In this document: piece by piece, positions 26,772-34,381 of the stretch
Layout: each line of letters starts with the position of its first letter
Position numbering within the stretch: position 1 is the stretch's first letter
Assembly (NCBI GenBank): GCA_038321985.1
Contig: JBBQFN010000048.1
Location: forward strand, 1 to 34,381
Source: Cyanophyceae cyanobacterium
GTDB lineage: Bacteria; Cyanobacteriota; Cyanobacteriia; Cyanobacteriales; Laspinemataceae
Reading direction: 5' to 3'
Length of the DNA: 34,381 nt
The notes under the pieces: model-generated
Seen by the model: only the letters and a program-made list of their open reading frames with translations
The model's database searches: none
Told to the model about the DNA's origin: nothing
Translations under genes and position numbers: made by a program

Positions 26772-28196
26772 ATGCTAGTTGTACCGTCTGATACCAATAT
26801 GAAGCCAGACCGCAAGGATCTTTATCAGTTCCTTGTCGCTTGTCAGCAGGTATCCCTTGAGAAAGAATGCCCCCAGATTGCGACCCTATCCCTGGAACTT
26901 CCGCCACTGGATCCCCTAGCAGTTTTGCAGGCGATCGCCCAACCGGAAGACCCGCATTTTTACTTTGAAAACGGCAACAAAGGGGAGGCGATCGCCGCGA
27001 TCGGGGCCGCCATGACCTTTCATGTTCCCTCCGGTTCCGCACGATTTGTCAAAGCCCAAAGTTTTATCCAGTCCTGTCTCGCCAATACTATTACCACGGG
27101 GGCAACGGACCTCCCGTTTGCAGGGCCTCACTTTTTTTGTAACTTTACCTTTTTTGACGACCTTCGACCCCCAGAATCAGCCTTTCCCTGCGCCACAGTG
27201 TTGTTACCCCGTTGGCAAGTCAGCCGCTGTCACAACCGTTCGGTTTTAGTCGCCAATTTTTCCCTCTCTGCCCGGGATAATATTCAAGCATTACATCAAG
27301 ACTTGTGTAATAAACTAACTCAAATTCGCTGGGCAAATCCACGATGGCTAGATACCGTAAATTTCCCCAAAGAATATTTAAAAGCCCAAGATTTTAAACC
27401 CACCGAAAGTTTTAAAAAGTCTGTTTACTCTGCCCTTAAAACTATTGATAATAAATCTTTAAATAAAATTGTCTTAGCTCATGCGATCGACTTAAAATTT
27501 CCCCTTCCCGTTAATTTAGTAAAATCTCTCAACAATCTACGCCGACTTTACCCGGATTGTTACACCTTTGCCACAGGAAACGGTGGCGGTACTAATTTTA
27601 TCGGGGCCAGTCCAGAACGCCTATTAGCTATCTATAATCATCAATTAATTACTGATGCCTTAGCCGGTTCCGCGCCGCGAGGTAAAACCTCAGGAGAAGA
27701 TGCAGAATTAGCCAAACTGTTGTTATCCAGTGATAAAGAAATACATGAACATCGAGTCGTGATTGATTTTATCTGCGATCGCCTGACTCGTCTAGGGTTA
27801 ACTCCAAACGTTCCCCCCCAACTGTTGTTATTACAATTATCAAATATTCAACATCTATGGACCCCAATCCAAGCCAGCCTACCCTCGGGAATTCATCCAT
27901 TAGAAATTTTAGCCGACCTGCATCCCACCCCTGCCGTAGCCGGAGTTCCGCGAGATACCGCCTGTCAAGAAATACGTCGATATGAAGCCTTTGATCGCGG
28001 CTTATATGCTGCCCCAGTAGGATGGATTGATGGCTATGGGAACTGTGAATTTATAGTGGGTATTCGGTCGGCTTTAATTGAAGGCAACCGCGCCCGATTG
28101 TATGCGGGGGCTGGAATTGTCGCCGGGTCCGACCCCGATAAAGAATTAGCCGAAGTTCAGCTTAAACTCAAAACCCTGTTAAAAGCCTTAGTTTAA
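26772..28196 (+). CDS. menF: Isochorismate synthase
   Basis: KIVLA, GASPERL, ALAGS, KEIHEH, HPTPAVAG, EFIVGIRS, YAGAGIVAGS. Confidence 0.93.
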   Translation: MLVVPSDTNMKPDRKDLYQFLVACQQVSLEKECPQIATLSLELPPLDPLAVLQAIAQPEDPHFYFENGNKGEAIAAIGAAMTFHVPSGSARFVKAQSFIQSCLANTITTGATDLPFAGPHFFCNFTFFDDLRPPESAFPCATVLLPRWQVSRCHNRSVLVANFSLSARDNIQALHQDLCNKLTQIRWANPRWLDTVNFPKEYLKAQDFKPTESFKKSVYSALKTIDNKSLNKIVLAHAIDLKFPLPVNLVKSLNNLRRLYPDCYTFATGNGGGTNFIGASPERLLAIYNHQLITDALAGSAPRGKTSGEDAELAKLLLSSDKEIHEHRVVIDFICDRLTRLGLTPNVPPQLLLLQLSNIQHLWTPIQASLPSGIHPLEILADLHPTPAVAGVPRDTACQEIRRYEAFDRGLYAAPVGWIDGYGNCEFIVGIRSALIEGNRARLYAGAGIVAGSDPDKELAEVQLKLKTLLKALV

Positions 28197-28238
28197 CCTC
28201 CATCCAGGGGACGATCAGGATTCCCTAAACCATCAAGA

Positions 28239-29984
28239 ATGCCAATAGATTTCCGCAATACTAACACCGTTTGGGCTTCTATTTTAGTCGAGACATTCCA
28301 ACGCCTGGGATTAACCACCGCTATTTTATGTCCCGGTTCCCGTTCCACCCCTTTAACCCTTGCCTTTGCCACCCATCCCCAGATAGAAGCCATCCCCATT
28401 TTAGATGAGCGATCGGCCAGTTTTTTTGCATTAGGACAAGCCAAACAAACCGGCAAACCTGTAGTCTTAGTTTGTACCTCGGGAACCGCTGGGGCAAATT
28501 TTTACCCCGCCATTATTGAAGCGCGAGAAAGCCGCGTTCCCTTATTAATTTTAACCGCAGACCGACCCCCAGAACTGCGAGATTGCCACTCTGGTCAAAC
28601 CATTGACCAAATTAAACTTTATGGACATTATCCCAACTGGCAAACGGAATTAGCCACCCCATCTTTAGAAATAGGATTGCTACACTATCTCCGCCAAACC
28701 CTAATTCACGCTTGGGAAAAAACCTTATTTCCCGTTCCCGGTCCCGTCCATTTGAACCTTCCCTTTCGCGATCCATTGGCACCTTTACCGGAACCCAAAG
28801 CAGCCAATTTAGCCGCAAATTTCCAAACCGAAGAATTTTTTGCCCATCTTCCTCTCTCTTCCTCATCTTCTTCACTTCCTCCATCTCTCCCCCTCCCCAC
28901 ATGGCAAAACTGCCCACGGGGAATCATCATCGCCGGAGTCGCCCAACCCCAAAACCCAGAACAATATTGTCAGGCGATCGCCCATCTATCTAAAACCTTA
29001 AATTGGCCGGTTCTCGCCGAGGGTTTATCTCCCCTCCGCAATTATGCCGCCCTCAATCCTTATTTAATTTCCAGTTATGATTTTATCCTCAGAAATCCGA
29101 CCCTCGCTGATAAACTCACCCCAGAAGTTTCTATTCAAATCGGTGAATTACCCACCAGTAAAACCCTGCGCCATTGGTTAGAAAAGACCCAACCTTTAAC
29201 CTTTTTGGTCACCGAGAGCGATCGCAACCTTGACCCCCTCCATGGCCGAACAATTCCCTTACGCATGGCAGTCGCAACCCTTGCCACCACCTTAGAACCC
29301 ATTCAAATAAATTCTTCCCAAACCGCCTATCTACAACAGTGGTGCAACTGGGAAAGCCAAGTCACCGAGGCCGTCGATCGCACAATGTCATCGATTACAG
29401 ACCTGAGTGAACCCAAAGTTTCCTGGCTAATTTCCCAATATTTACCCCCCAAAACTCCCCTATTTATTGCCAACAGTATGCCCGTTCGAGATATCGAATA
29501 TTTCTGGAAACCGGGCAACCTCCACATCCGCCCCTTAGTCAACCGAGGGGCAAATGGCATAGATGGGACATTATCCACCGCGTTAGGAATGGCCCATCGC
29601 CATCAAAGTAGCGTCCTGTTAACCGGAGATTTAGCACTATTACACGATACGAATGGCTTTTTAATCCGGCAATATTTCCAAGGCCATTTAACAATTTTAT
29701 TAATTAATAATAACGGCGGTGGCATCTTTGGAATGTTACCGATCGCCAAATTTGACCCGCCCTTCACCGAGTTTTTTGCCACCCCCCAAAACATTAATTT
29801 TTCTCGCTTATCTGCCTGCTATGATATTGAACATCAGGGGATTGACTCTTGGCAACAATTACAATCCCTATTAAATCCATTACCCAGTTCAGGTATTCGA
29901 GTGATAGAGGTAAAAAGCGATCGCCTTCTCGATGCAAAATGGCGACAAGACCAACTTCCCCACTTTGCACCAAAAATGGAGTAA
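28239..29984 (+). CDS. menD: SEPHCHC synthase
   Basis: CPGSRSTPL, DERSA, CTSGTA, TADRP, NSMPVRD, NRGANGIDG, NNNGGGIF. Confidence 0.96.
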   Translation: MPIDFRNTNTVWASILVETFQRLGLTTAILCPGSRSTPLTLAFATHPQIEAIPILDERSASFFALGQAKQTGKPVVLVCTSGTAGANFYPAIIEARESRVPLLILTADRPPELRDCHSGQTIDQIKLYGHYPNWQTELATPSLEIGLLHYLRQTLIHAWEKTLFPVPGPVHLNLPFRDPLAPLPEPKAANLAANFQTEEFFAHLPLSSSSSSLPPSLPLPTWQNCPRGIIIAGVAQPQNPEQYCQAIAHLSKTLNWPVLAEGLSPLRNYAALNPYLISSYDFILRNPTLADKLTPEVSIQIGELPTSKTLRHWLEKTQPLTFLVTESDRNLDPLHGRTIPLRMAVATLATTLEPIQINSSQTAYLQQWCNWESQVTEAVDRTMSSITDLSEPKVSWLISQYLPPKTPLFIANSMPVRDIEYFWKPGNLHIRPLVNRGANGIDGTLSTALGMAHRHQSSVLLTGDLALLHDTNGFLIRQYFQGHLTILLINNNGGGIFGMLPIAKFDPPFTEFFATPQNINFSRLSACYDIEHQGIDSWQQLQSLLNPLPSSGIRVIEVKSDRLLDAKWRQDQLPHFAPKME

Positions 29985-30118
29985 TCAAGCCGTAAAATCT
30001 GCCTCTATGAATATCCCAGGCGATCGCCCTACACTCGCTTATGCAGAAATGTCCTTACCCGTGGCATCAACCCTGGAAAGGTTACAACTGGCACAACGGA
30101 AAGAGTCCAAGTAACAAT

Positions 30119-31321
30119 TCACCACCGTACTGGTTTAGCCAGCACCTCTTTGAGCACTGCCGCCAAGTGTTGATATTGATCGGAAGTATTGTAAATCTGA
30201 GCCGAAATTCGGAGGATCCGCTGAGGTGCTTTTAGCCAAGGCATCACCTGCACTTCAATCTGGTGGCGATCGAACAGTTCATCGTGTAACTCCTCAGCAG
30301 ATCCATCAGCCAGGGGAATACAAGCCATTGATCCAATCATTTCTGAGGGTGCCGGTATCTCAACTCCCAAGGTTTCACACAGTATCTGCCTTGCGGACAA
30401 AATGAGCTTATGGTTTCTTGACATTAATTCCGGCCATCCTCCAGGAAGTAAAGACCCCATAAACTCAATCGCAGCCGGGACGGATAAATAAGCCGAAGGG
30501 TCCCCAGTTCCCATCCAATCAAATTCTAGTTGGAAGCGAGATTTATCAGTCCGGGGGGAGTTCGCCCCATGACTGATGGTGAGGGGGCGAATTTGCTGCT
30601 GACGGCTAGCTTGAACGTACAAAAATGCAGACCCTTTCGGTGCAGATAACCATTTATGACAGTTGCCGGTATAGTAGGTCGCCCCGATTTCTGGTAAGTT
30701 CAGGGGGAGCATCCCCGGTGCGTGTGCGCCATCAATCAGAGTATCAATCCCAAATTGAGAAAGCTGCTGAATAATGTCCTCAATGGGAAAAATCAAGCCC
30801 GTTTGACTGCTGATATGGTCTAAGAGAACGAGTTTAGTTTTTTCAGTTACCCGTTCCATCACCGCCTCCACAATTTCCTGGGGAGAAGCGATGGGGAAGG
30901 GAACGGGGGCCACAACAATCCGGGCATCAGCGCGATCGGCGACAAATTCTAAGGCATTGCGGCTGGCATTGTACTCGTGGTCGGTGGTGAGTAACTCGTC
31001 ACCGGGGTTAAACTGGAGCGATCGCAGCACGGAATTCACCCCGGTGGTAGCATTGGGCACAAATACCAAATCTCCGGTATCCACGCCTACAAATTCGGCG
31101 AGTTGTTCCCGTGCTTGATCCAGAAGCGGCTCAAATTCTCGAACGAAAAACCGCACAGGTTCCTGTTCTAGCTGCTGCCGTACTTGTTCTTGAGCTTTCA
31201 ATACAGAAATGGGACAAGCCCCAAAAGAACCGTGATTTAAAAATGCGATTTCTGGTTGGAGAGACCAGTAGGACTGCCAGTCTGGTTTAGCTTTCCCTTC
31301 TAAATCGGAATGATCTAACAT
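30119..31321 (-). CDS. Class V PLP-dependent enzyme (isopenicillin N epimerase-like / C-S lyase)
   Basis: FLNHGSFGACP, NATTG, DGAHAPG, GNCHKW (PLP lysine), RISAQIYN; ATG at 31321 preferred (ORF track 31351). Confidence 0.88.
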   Translation of the reverse strand: MLDHSDLEGKAKPDWQSYWSLQPEIAFLNHGSFGACPISVLKAQEQVRQQLEQEPVRFFVREFEPLLDQAREQLAEFVGVDTGDLVFVPNATTGVNSVLRSLQFNPGDELLTTDHEYNASRNALEFVADRADARIVVAPVPFPIASPQEIVEAVMERVTEKTKLVLLDHISSQTGLIFPIEDIIQQLSQFGIDTLIDGAHAPGMLPLNLPEIGATYYTGNCHKWLSAPKGSAFLYVQASRQQQIRPLTISHGANSPRTDKSRFQLEFDWMGTGDPSAYLSVPAAIEFMGSLLPGGWPELMSRNHKLILSARQILCETLGVEIPAPSEMIGSMACIPLADGSAEELHDELFDRHQIEVQVMPWLKAPQRILRISAQIYNTSDQYQHLAAVLKEVLAKPVRW

Positions 31322-31344
31322 GAATTTTTTATTTTTAGACAATA

Positions 31345-31385
31345 AAATCACATTTTAGAAGGACTAGCCCTCTAAAATGTGATTT
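31345..31385 (-). terminator. Long hairpin immediately downstream of tRNA-Asn
   Basis: AAATCACATTTTAGA-N11-TCTAAAATGTGATTT, perfect 15-bp stem. Confidence 0.65.
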
Positions 31386-31406
31386 CACGAATCTAAAATT
31401 AATAAA

Positions 31407-31478
31407 CTCCCCGGGTAGGACTCGAACCTACGACCAATCGGTTAACAGCCGACCGCTCTACCACTGAGCTACCGAGGA
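31407..31478 (-). tRNA. trnN: tRNA-Asn (GTT)
   Basis: TCCTCGGTAGCTCAGTGGTAGAGCGGTCGGCTGTTAACCGATTGGTCGTAGGTTCGAGTCCTACCCGGGGAG: cloverleaf, GTT anticodon, CCA not encoded. Confidence 0.97.
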
Positions 31479-31648
31479 ACGTTTCGGTTTGCTTGGCTCA
31501 CCGTTATTAATATTACACATACCCTTCGGATTTTGGCAAGCCCTTTTTCAAAAAATTTTTGATTTTTTTTTAAAAGCTGGGATTCGGACTCACTGGGAAT
31601 AGGTGGCGATCGCCTCACAAGTCCCCAAAATCAAGGGTCTTAGCCCCC

Positions 31649-32194
31649 TTACAGACCCCTTCGCAACTGCGCGAGTCGCTGCTGCGCTTCTGCATCCAGT
31701 CCCGAAACCAGAAACCGGCTAGAAGGCTGGTTGCGGGTTTTCTGTTTGCTCTGGCAACGGCGATCGGTCGCTTCTATCGCTTGAGCCATTTGAAGCGCTG
31801 ACATCCATTCGGCCCCATATCCCAACACGGTTTGCTGTTGAGCCCGGTCTGAAGTTGCCACAATTAATCGACGGTGCAGGTTTACCAAGTTTCGCCGAAA
31901 GGTGGCACAGGTTTTTTCAATATAGGTGTCGGCGGTTTGCCCAAAATCGGTGTAGCAGACTGATACACGTTTCGAGATCACTTCGGTGGAGGTCGGCTCA
32001 TGGCGGGAGTGAGCATCAAAAACTACCAGAGTATCTAATCCTTCAAAGGCGCTGTAATTCACCAGCGACTCGATTAGTTCCCTCCGGGAGGCTTCTAAGC
32101 CGTCCAAGTCTCGCTTGGTTTTGAGCTTCGACCATAGTCCTATTATGTTGTATCCATCCACGAGCAATAAAGGTCGTGCTGAGGAGCGTGGCAT
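31649..32194 (-). CDS. NYN-domain ribonuclease (YacP/Rae1 family)
   Basis: LLVDGYNII, VVFDA, TADTYIEK, IVATSD. Confidence 0.9.
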   Translation of the reverse strand: MPRSSARPLLLVDGYNIIGLWSKLKTKRDLDGLEASRRELIESLVNYSAFEGLDTLVVFDAHSRHEPTSTEVISKRVSVCYTDFGQTADTYIEKTCATFRRNLVNLHRRLIVATSDRAQQQTVLGYGAEWMSALQMAQAIEATDRRCQSKQKTRNQPSSRFLVSGLDAEAQQRLAQLRRGL

Positions 32195-32345
32195 GGCTTT
32201 TCTTTACATTTGTTTACTATTTACTCAGAATCAAAGTAGGCGCTTTGCATTATATCATTTTAGATTCTAATTCTGATTAGAATCTAGTTTAATTTATTTA
32301 AATTAAACCGGGCTTAACATCACCCTATCTTTTGAATGGGGGAAA

Positions 32346-32375
32346 GCAGCAACTGCTGATTCCAGCAGTTACTGC
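32346..32375 (-). terminator. Intrinsic terminator after the ABC ATPase gene
   Basis: GCAGCAACTGCTG-ATTC-CAGCAGTTACTGC (13-bp stem with one G-U pair on minus strand) followed by TTT. Confidence 0.6.
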
Positions 32376-32383
32376 CCCCGATA

Positions 32384-33082
32384 TCACCCTAAATCCTCCT
32401 GTTGCATCAAGCGTTGTACCAAGGGCTGCGGATTTCCCGAATCGACCACATGGCCGCGCTCGATCAAGAAAGCCCCATCACAATAGGCGAGTTCTTCAAA
32501 ACGATGGGTGACCCACAACGCCGTTAACCCACGGCTTTTGACCAAACGTTGGACTTGAGCCACTAGGTCTAATTGACTGTCGGGGTCGAGTAAAGCAGTC
32601 GGCTCATCTAATAACAAAACCTCGCAATGGCGGGCGATCGCCCCGGCAATGGCAACCCGCTGCTTTTGACCTCCACTCAGAGCATAGATTGGACGTCGTT
32701 GCAGTGCGAGTAAATTGACCGCTGTTAGGGCTTCTTCCACCCGGTGTCTAGTTTGAGCCAGGGTCAGATTTTCCTCCACCAACCCGAAGGCTACATCGGC
32801 TCCCACCGTCGGCATCACCAACTGATGATCTGGGTTTTGGAACACGAACCCTACGGGACGAGAAATTGAAATTTGACCATTCCCAGGGATGAGCAGACTA
32901 GCCAGTAAGCGGAGTAACGTTGATTTTCCACTGCCATTTGTCCCTAAGAGCATCCAAAATTCGCCCTTGGGGACCTCCAAGGAGCAGGATTTTAAAACCT
33001 CTGCTCCACTGGGCCAGTTAAAGCAGAGGTCCTGCACTATGATCGCCGCTTCGCGATCGCCACCAGGAGGAGTGGGGTTCAT
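32384..33082 (-). CDS. ABC transporter ATP-binding protein (EcfA/CbiO-like)
   Basis: GTNGSGKS, FVFQNPDHQ, LSGGQKQR, LLLDEPT. Confidence 0.92.
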   Translation of the reverse strand: MNPTPPGGDREAAIIVQDLCFNWPSGAEVLKSCSLEVPKGEFWMLLGTNGSGKSTLLRLLASLLIPGNGQISISRPVGFVFQNPDHQLVMPTVGADVAFGLVEENLTLAQTRHRVEEALTAVNLLALQRRPIYALSGGQKQRVAIAGAIARHCEVLLLDEPTALLDPDSQLDLVAQVQRLVKSRGLTALWVTHRFEELAYCDGAFLIERGHVVDSGNPQPLVQRLMQQEDLG

Positions 33083-33357
33083 TGGCTCAGGGATTCAACC
33101 AACGCTGCAAACCCAGGTGCTTTGCCTGCTGCTGCCGCGCCGGACTTTTCAGAGATTTGCACCGCTGTGAGCTGATTAATAAAGACGGCTATTTTTTTCT
33201 CGGGCATCTTCTCACAGGTGAGTTCCAAAATCTCAGAACTGCCTGAACGCATGGCTCCGACCACCTCCTGATAGAGGGTCTCGGCATCTTCTATACTTTT
33301 CCGTTGCACCGACAGGGGTAAAGGAGTGTTTTTTAGAGTTAAGTCAATCGTAAACAT
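33079..33357 (-). CDS. Conserved cyanobacterial hypothetical protein
   Basis: MFTIDLTLKNTPLPLSVQRK…LELTCEK; 4-bp ATGA overlap with the ABC gene (ORF track start 33369). Confidence 0.75.
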   Translation of the reverse strand: MFTIDLTLKNTPLPLSVQRKSIEDAETLYQEVVGAMRSGSSEILELTCEKMPEKKIAVFINQLTAVQISEKSGAAAAGKAPGFAALVESLSQ

Positions 33358-33670
33358 GATTTGTGGCAAAGTTCATTCATTGGACCGCACCTCTCTAGTA
33401 TCCCAAAATCTCAGCATTCCGGGGACGTCTGGAAATTTCTAAGCCAAAACCGGGGCGATCGCACCCCTGGGAACGCCCCGCTTCTAATCATTTCAGCTAT
33501 TCTCCAGGCCCAACTCCTATGAATCCCTTTTGAGACAGGGTGAGCCGAGCCTCGAAAAAAATCTGTTCGGTGAGTCCCACCCCAACCTCGACTCAAATTG
33601 AGTCAGTCTTCATAAAATTTTTAGATGAGGGGGGTTAAAATTTTTCAGCTTTCGCCCTATAATGAGAAAC

Positions 33671-33688
33671 ATCGTAAAGAAACGTAAA
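33671..33688 (-). promoter_or_regulatory. HLR1-like direct repeat upstream of psbD
   Basis: Minus strand TTTACGTT-TC-TTTACGAT, one mismatch per half-site. Confidence 0.4.
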
Positions 33689-33793
33689 CTCACCGAATGC
33701 GATCGCCCATTTTCTGCTATGGCTAGCAGAAGCCCAGGGCGAAAGCTATAGAAAGAGTTACCCGTAGTCATTATTATTTGGAGATTTTGCGTT

Positions 33794-34381
33794 ATGACGA
33801 TCGCAGTCGGACGCGCACAGGCAGAGCGGGGATGGTTTGACGTCCTCGATGACTGGCTCAAGCGCGATCGCTTCGTCTTTATCGGTTGGTCTGGCCTATT
33901 ACTCCTACCCTGCGCTTACCTCGCAGTGGGGGGCTGGCTGACCGGCACCACCTTCGTCACCTCTTGGTACACCCATGGATTAGCTTCCTCCTATCTGGAG
34001 GGTTGCAACTTCCTCACCGTGGCTGTCTCTACCCCCCCGAACAGTCTGGGACACTCCCTCCTGTTCCTCTGGGGTCCTGAAGCTCAAGGAGACTTCACCC
34101 GCTGGTGTCAACTCGGCGGCCTCTGGACCTTCGTCGCCCTTCATGGGGCCTTTGGTCTGATTGGCTTCTGCTTGCGCCAGTTGGAAATTGCCCGCCTCTT
34201 AGGAATCCGTCCCTACAACGGACTCGCCTTTACTGGACCTATTGCGGTCTTTGTGAGCGTGTTCTTGATTTACCCCTTGGGTCAATCCGGCTGGTTCTTT
34301 GCTCCCAGCTTTGGCGTCGCCGCAATTTTCCGCTTCCTACTTTTCTTCCAAGGGTTCCATAACTGGACCCTCAACCCCTTC
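33794..34381 (+). CDS. psbD: Photosystem II D2 protein (partial, runs off window)
   Basis: [34 protein letters not shown]…[12 protein letters not shown]; absent from the ORF track, presumably because no stop lies in the window. Confidence 0.99.
   Translation, partial: MTIAVGRAQAERGWFDVLDDWLKRDRFVFIGWSGLLLLPCAYLAVGGWLTGTTFVTSWYTHGLASSYLEGCNFLTVAVSTPPNSLGHSLLFLWGPEAQGDFTRWCQLGGLWTFVALHGAFGLIGFCLRQLEIARLLGIRPYNGLAFTGPIAVFVSVFLIYPLGQSGWFFAPSFGVAAIFRFLLFFQGFHNWTLNPF

Larger units (their letters stand above)
1..34381. repeat. Dispersed HIP1 octamers (GCGATCGC)
   Basis: Many copies, e.g. 1564, 11984, 12013, 17577, 23282; not noticed in 6877-8107 or in the NACHT gene. Confidence 0.9.

Noticed and set aside
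30119..31321. Beta-lactam biosynthesis (cefD)
   Set aside because: No NRPS or IPNS nearby; the family is widespread as C-S lyases.
31407..31478. tRNA-Asn as an integration site
   Set aside because: No duplicated tRNA 3' end or integrase seen; flanks are ordinary genes.
32203..32220. HLR1-like TTTACATT-TG-TTTACTAT before the NYN gene
   Set aside because: One mismatch in an AT-rich region right beside the start codon; could be chance.
1710..33861. Numerous 60-100 aa ORFs overlapping longer genes
   Set aside because: Antisense or out-of-frame shadows of well-supported CDSs, with no motifs.
33886..34362. Two short plus-strand ORFs
   Set aside because: Out-of-frame shadows of psbD.

Overview
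Chromosomal window from a cyanobacterium: psbD, a phylloquinone (men) cluster and frequent HIP1 octamers (GCGATCGC) are present; an Oscillatoriales-like lineage is an impression only. The left half is accessory or signalling DNA. It holds a PAS-histidine kinase cut at its 5' end by a probable IS terminus, a PAS-GAF-PAS-GGDEF-EAL protein with an upstream HLR1 (RpaB) box, and a CHAT protease. It also holds an AT-rich pair (conserved hypothetical/OB-like + DUF488) facing a decayed DUF488 pseudogene, a GHMP kinase + sugar-phosphate nucleotidyltransferase pair, and a DUF2834 membrane protein. The most striking element is a ~5.6 kb integrase-less islet (11988-17585) bounded by a 34-bp imperfect direct repeat whose 3' end contains HIP1. 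It carries a solo Cas4-like Fe-S PD-(D/E)XK nuclease, a small excisionase-like HTH protein and a divergent HTH-NACHT-HEAT (NLR-like) protein with an AT-rich sensor region. The right half is mostly core genome: SRP RNA, YciI, DHNA-CoA thioesterase, menE-C-H-A, a cytochrome P450 inside the men cluster, menF, menD, a class V PLP enzyme, tRNA-Asn, YacP/NYN, an ABC ATPase and the 5' part of psbD. All family calls come from motif recognition; no searches were run.
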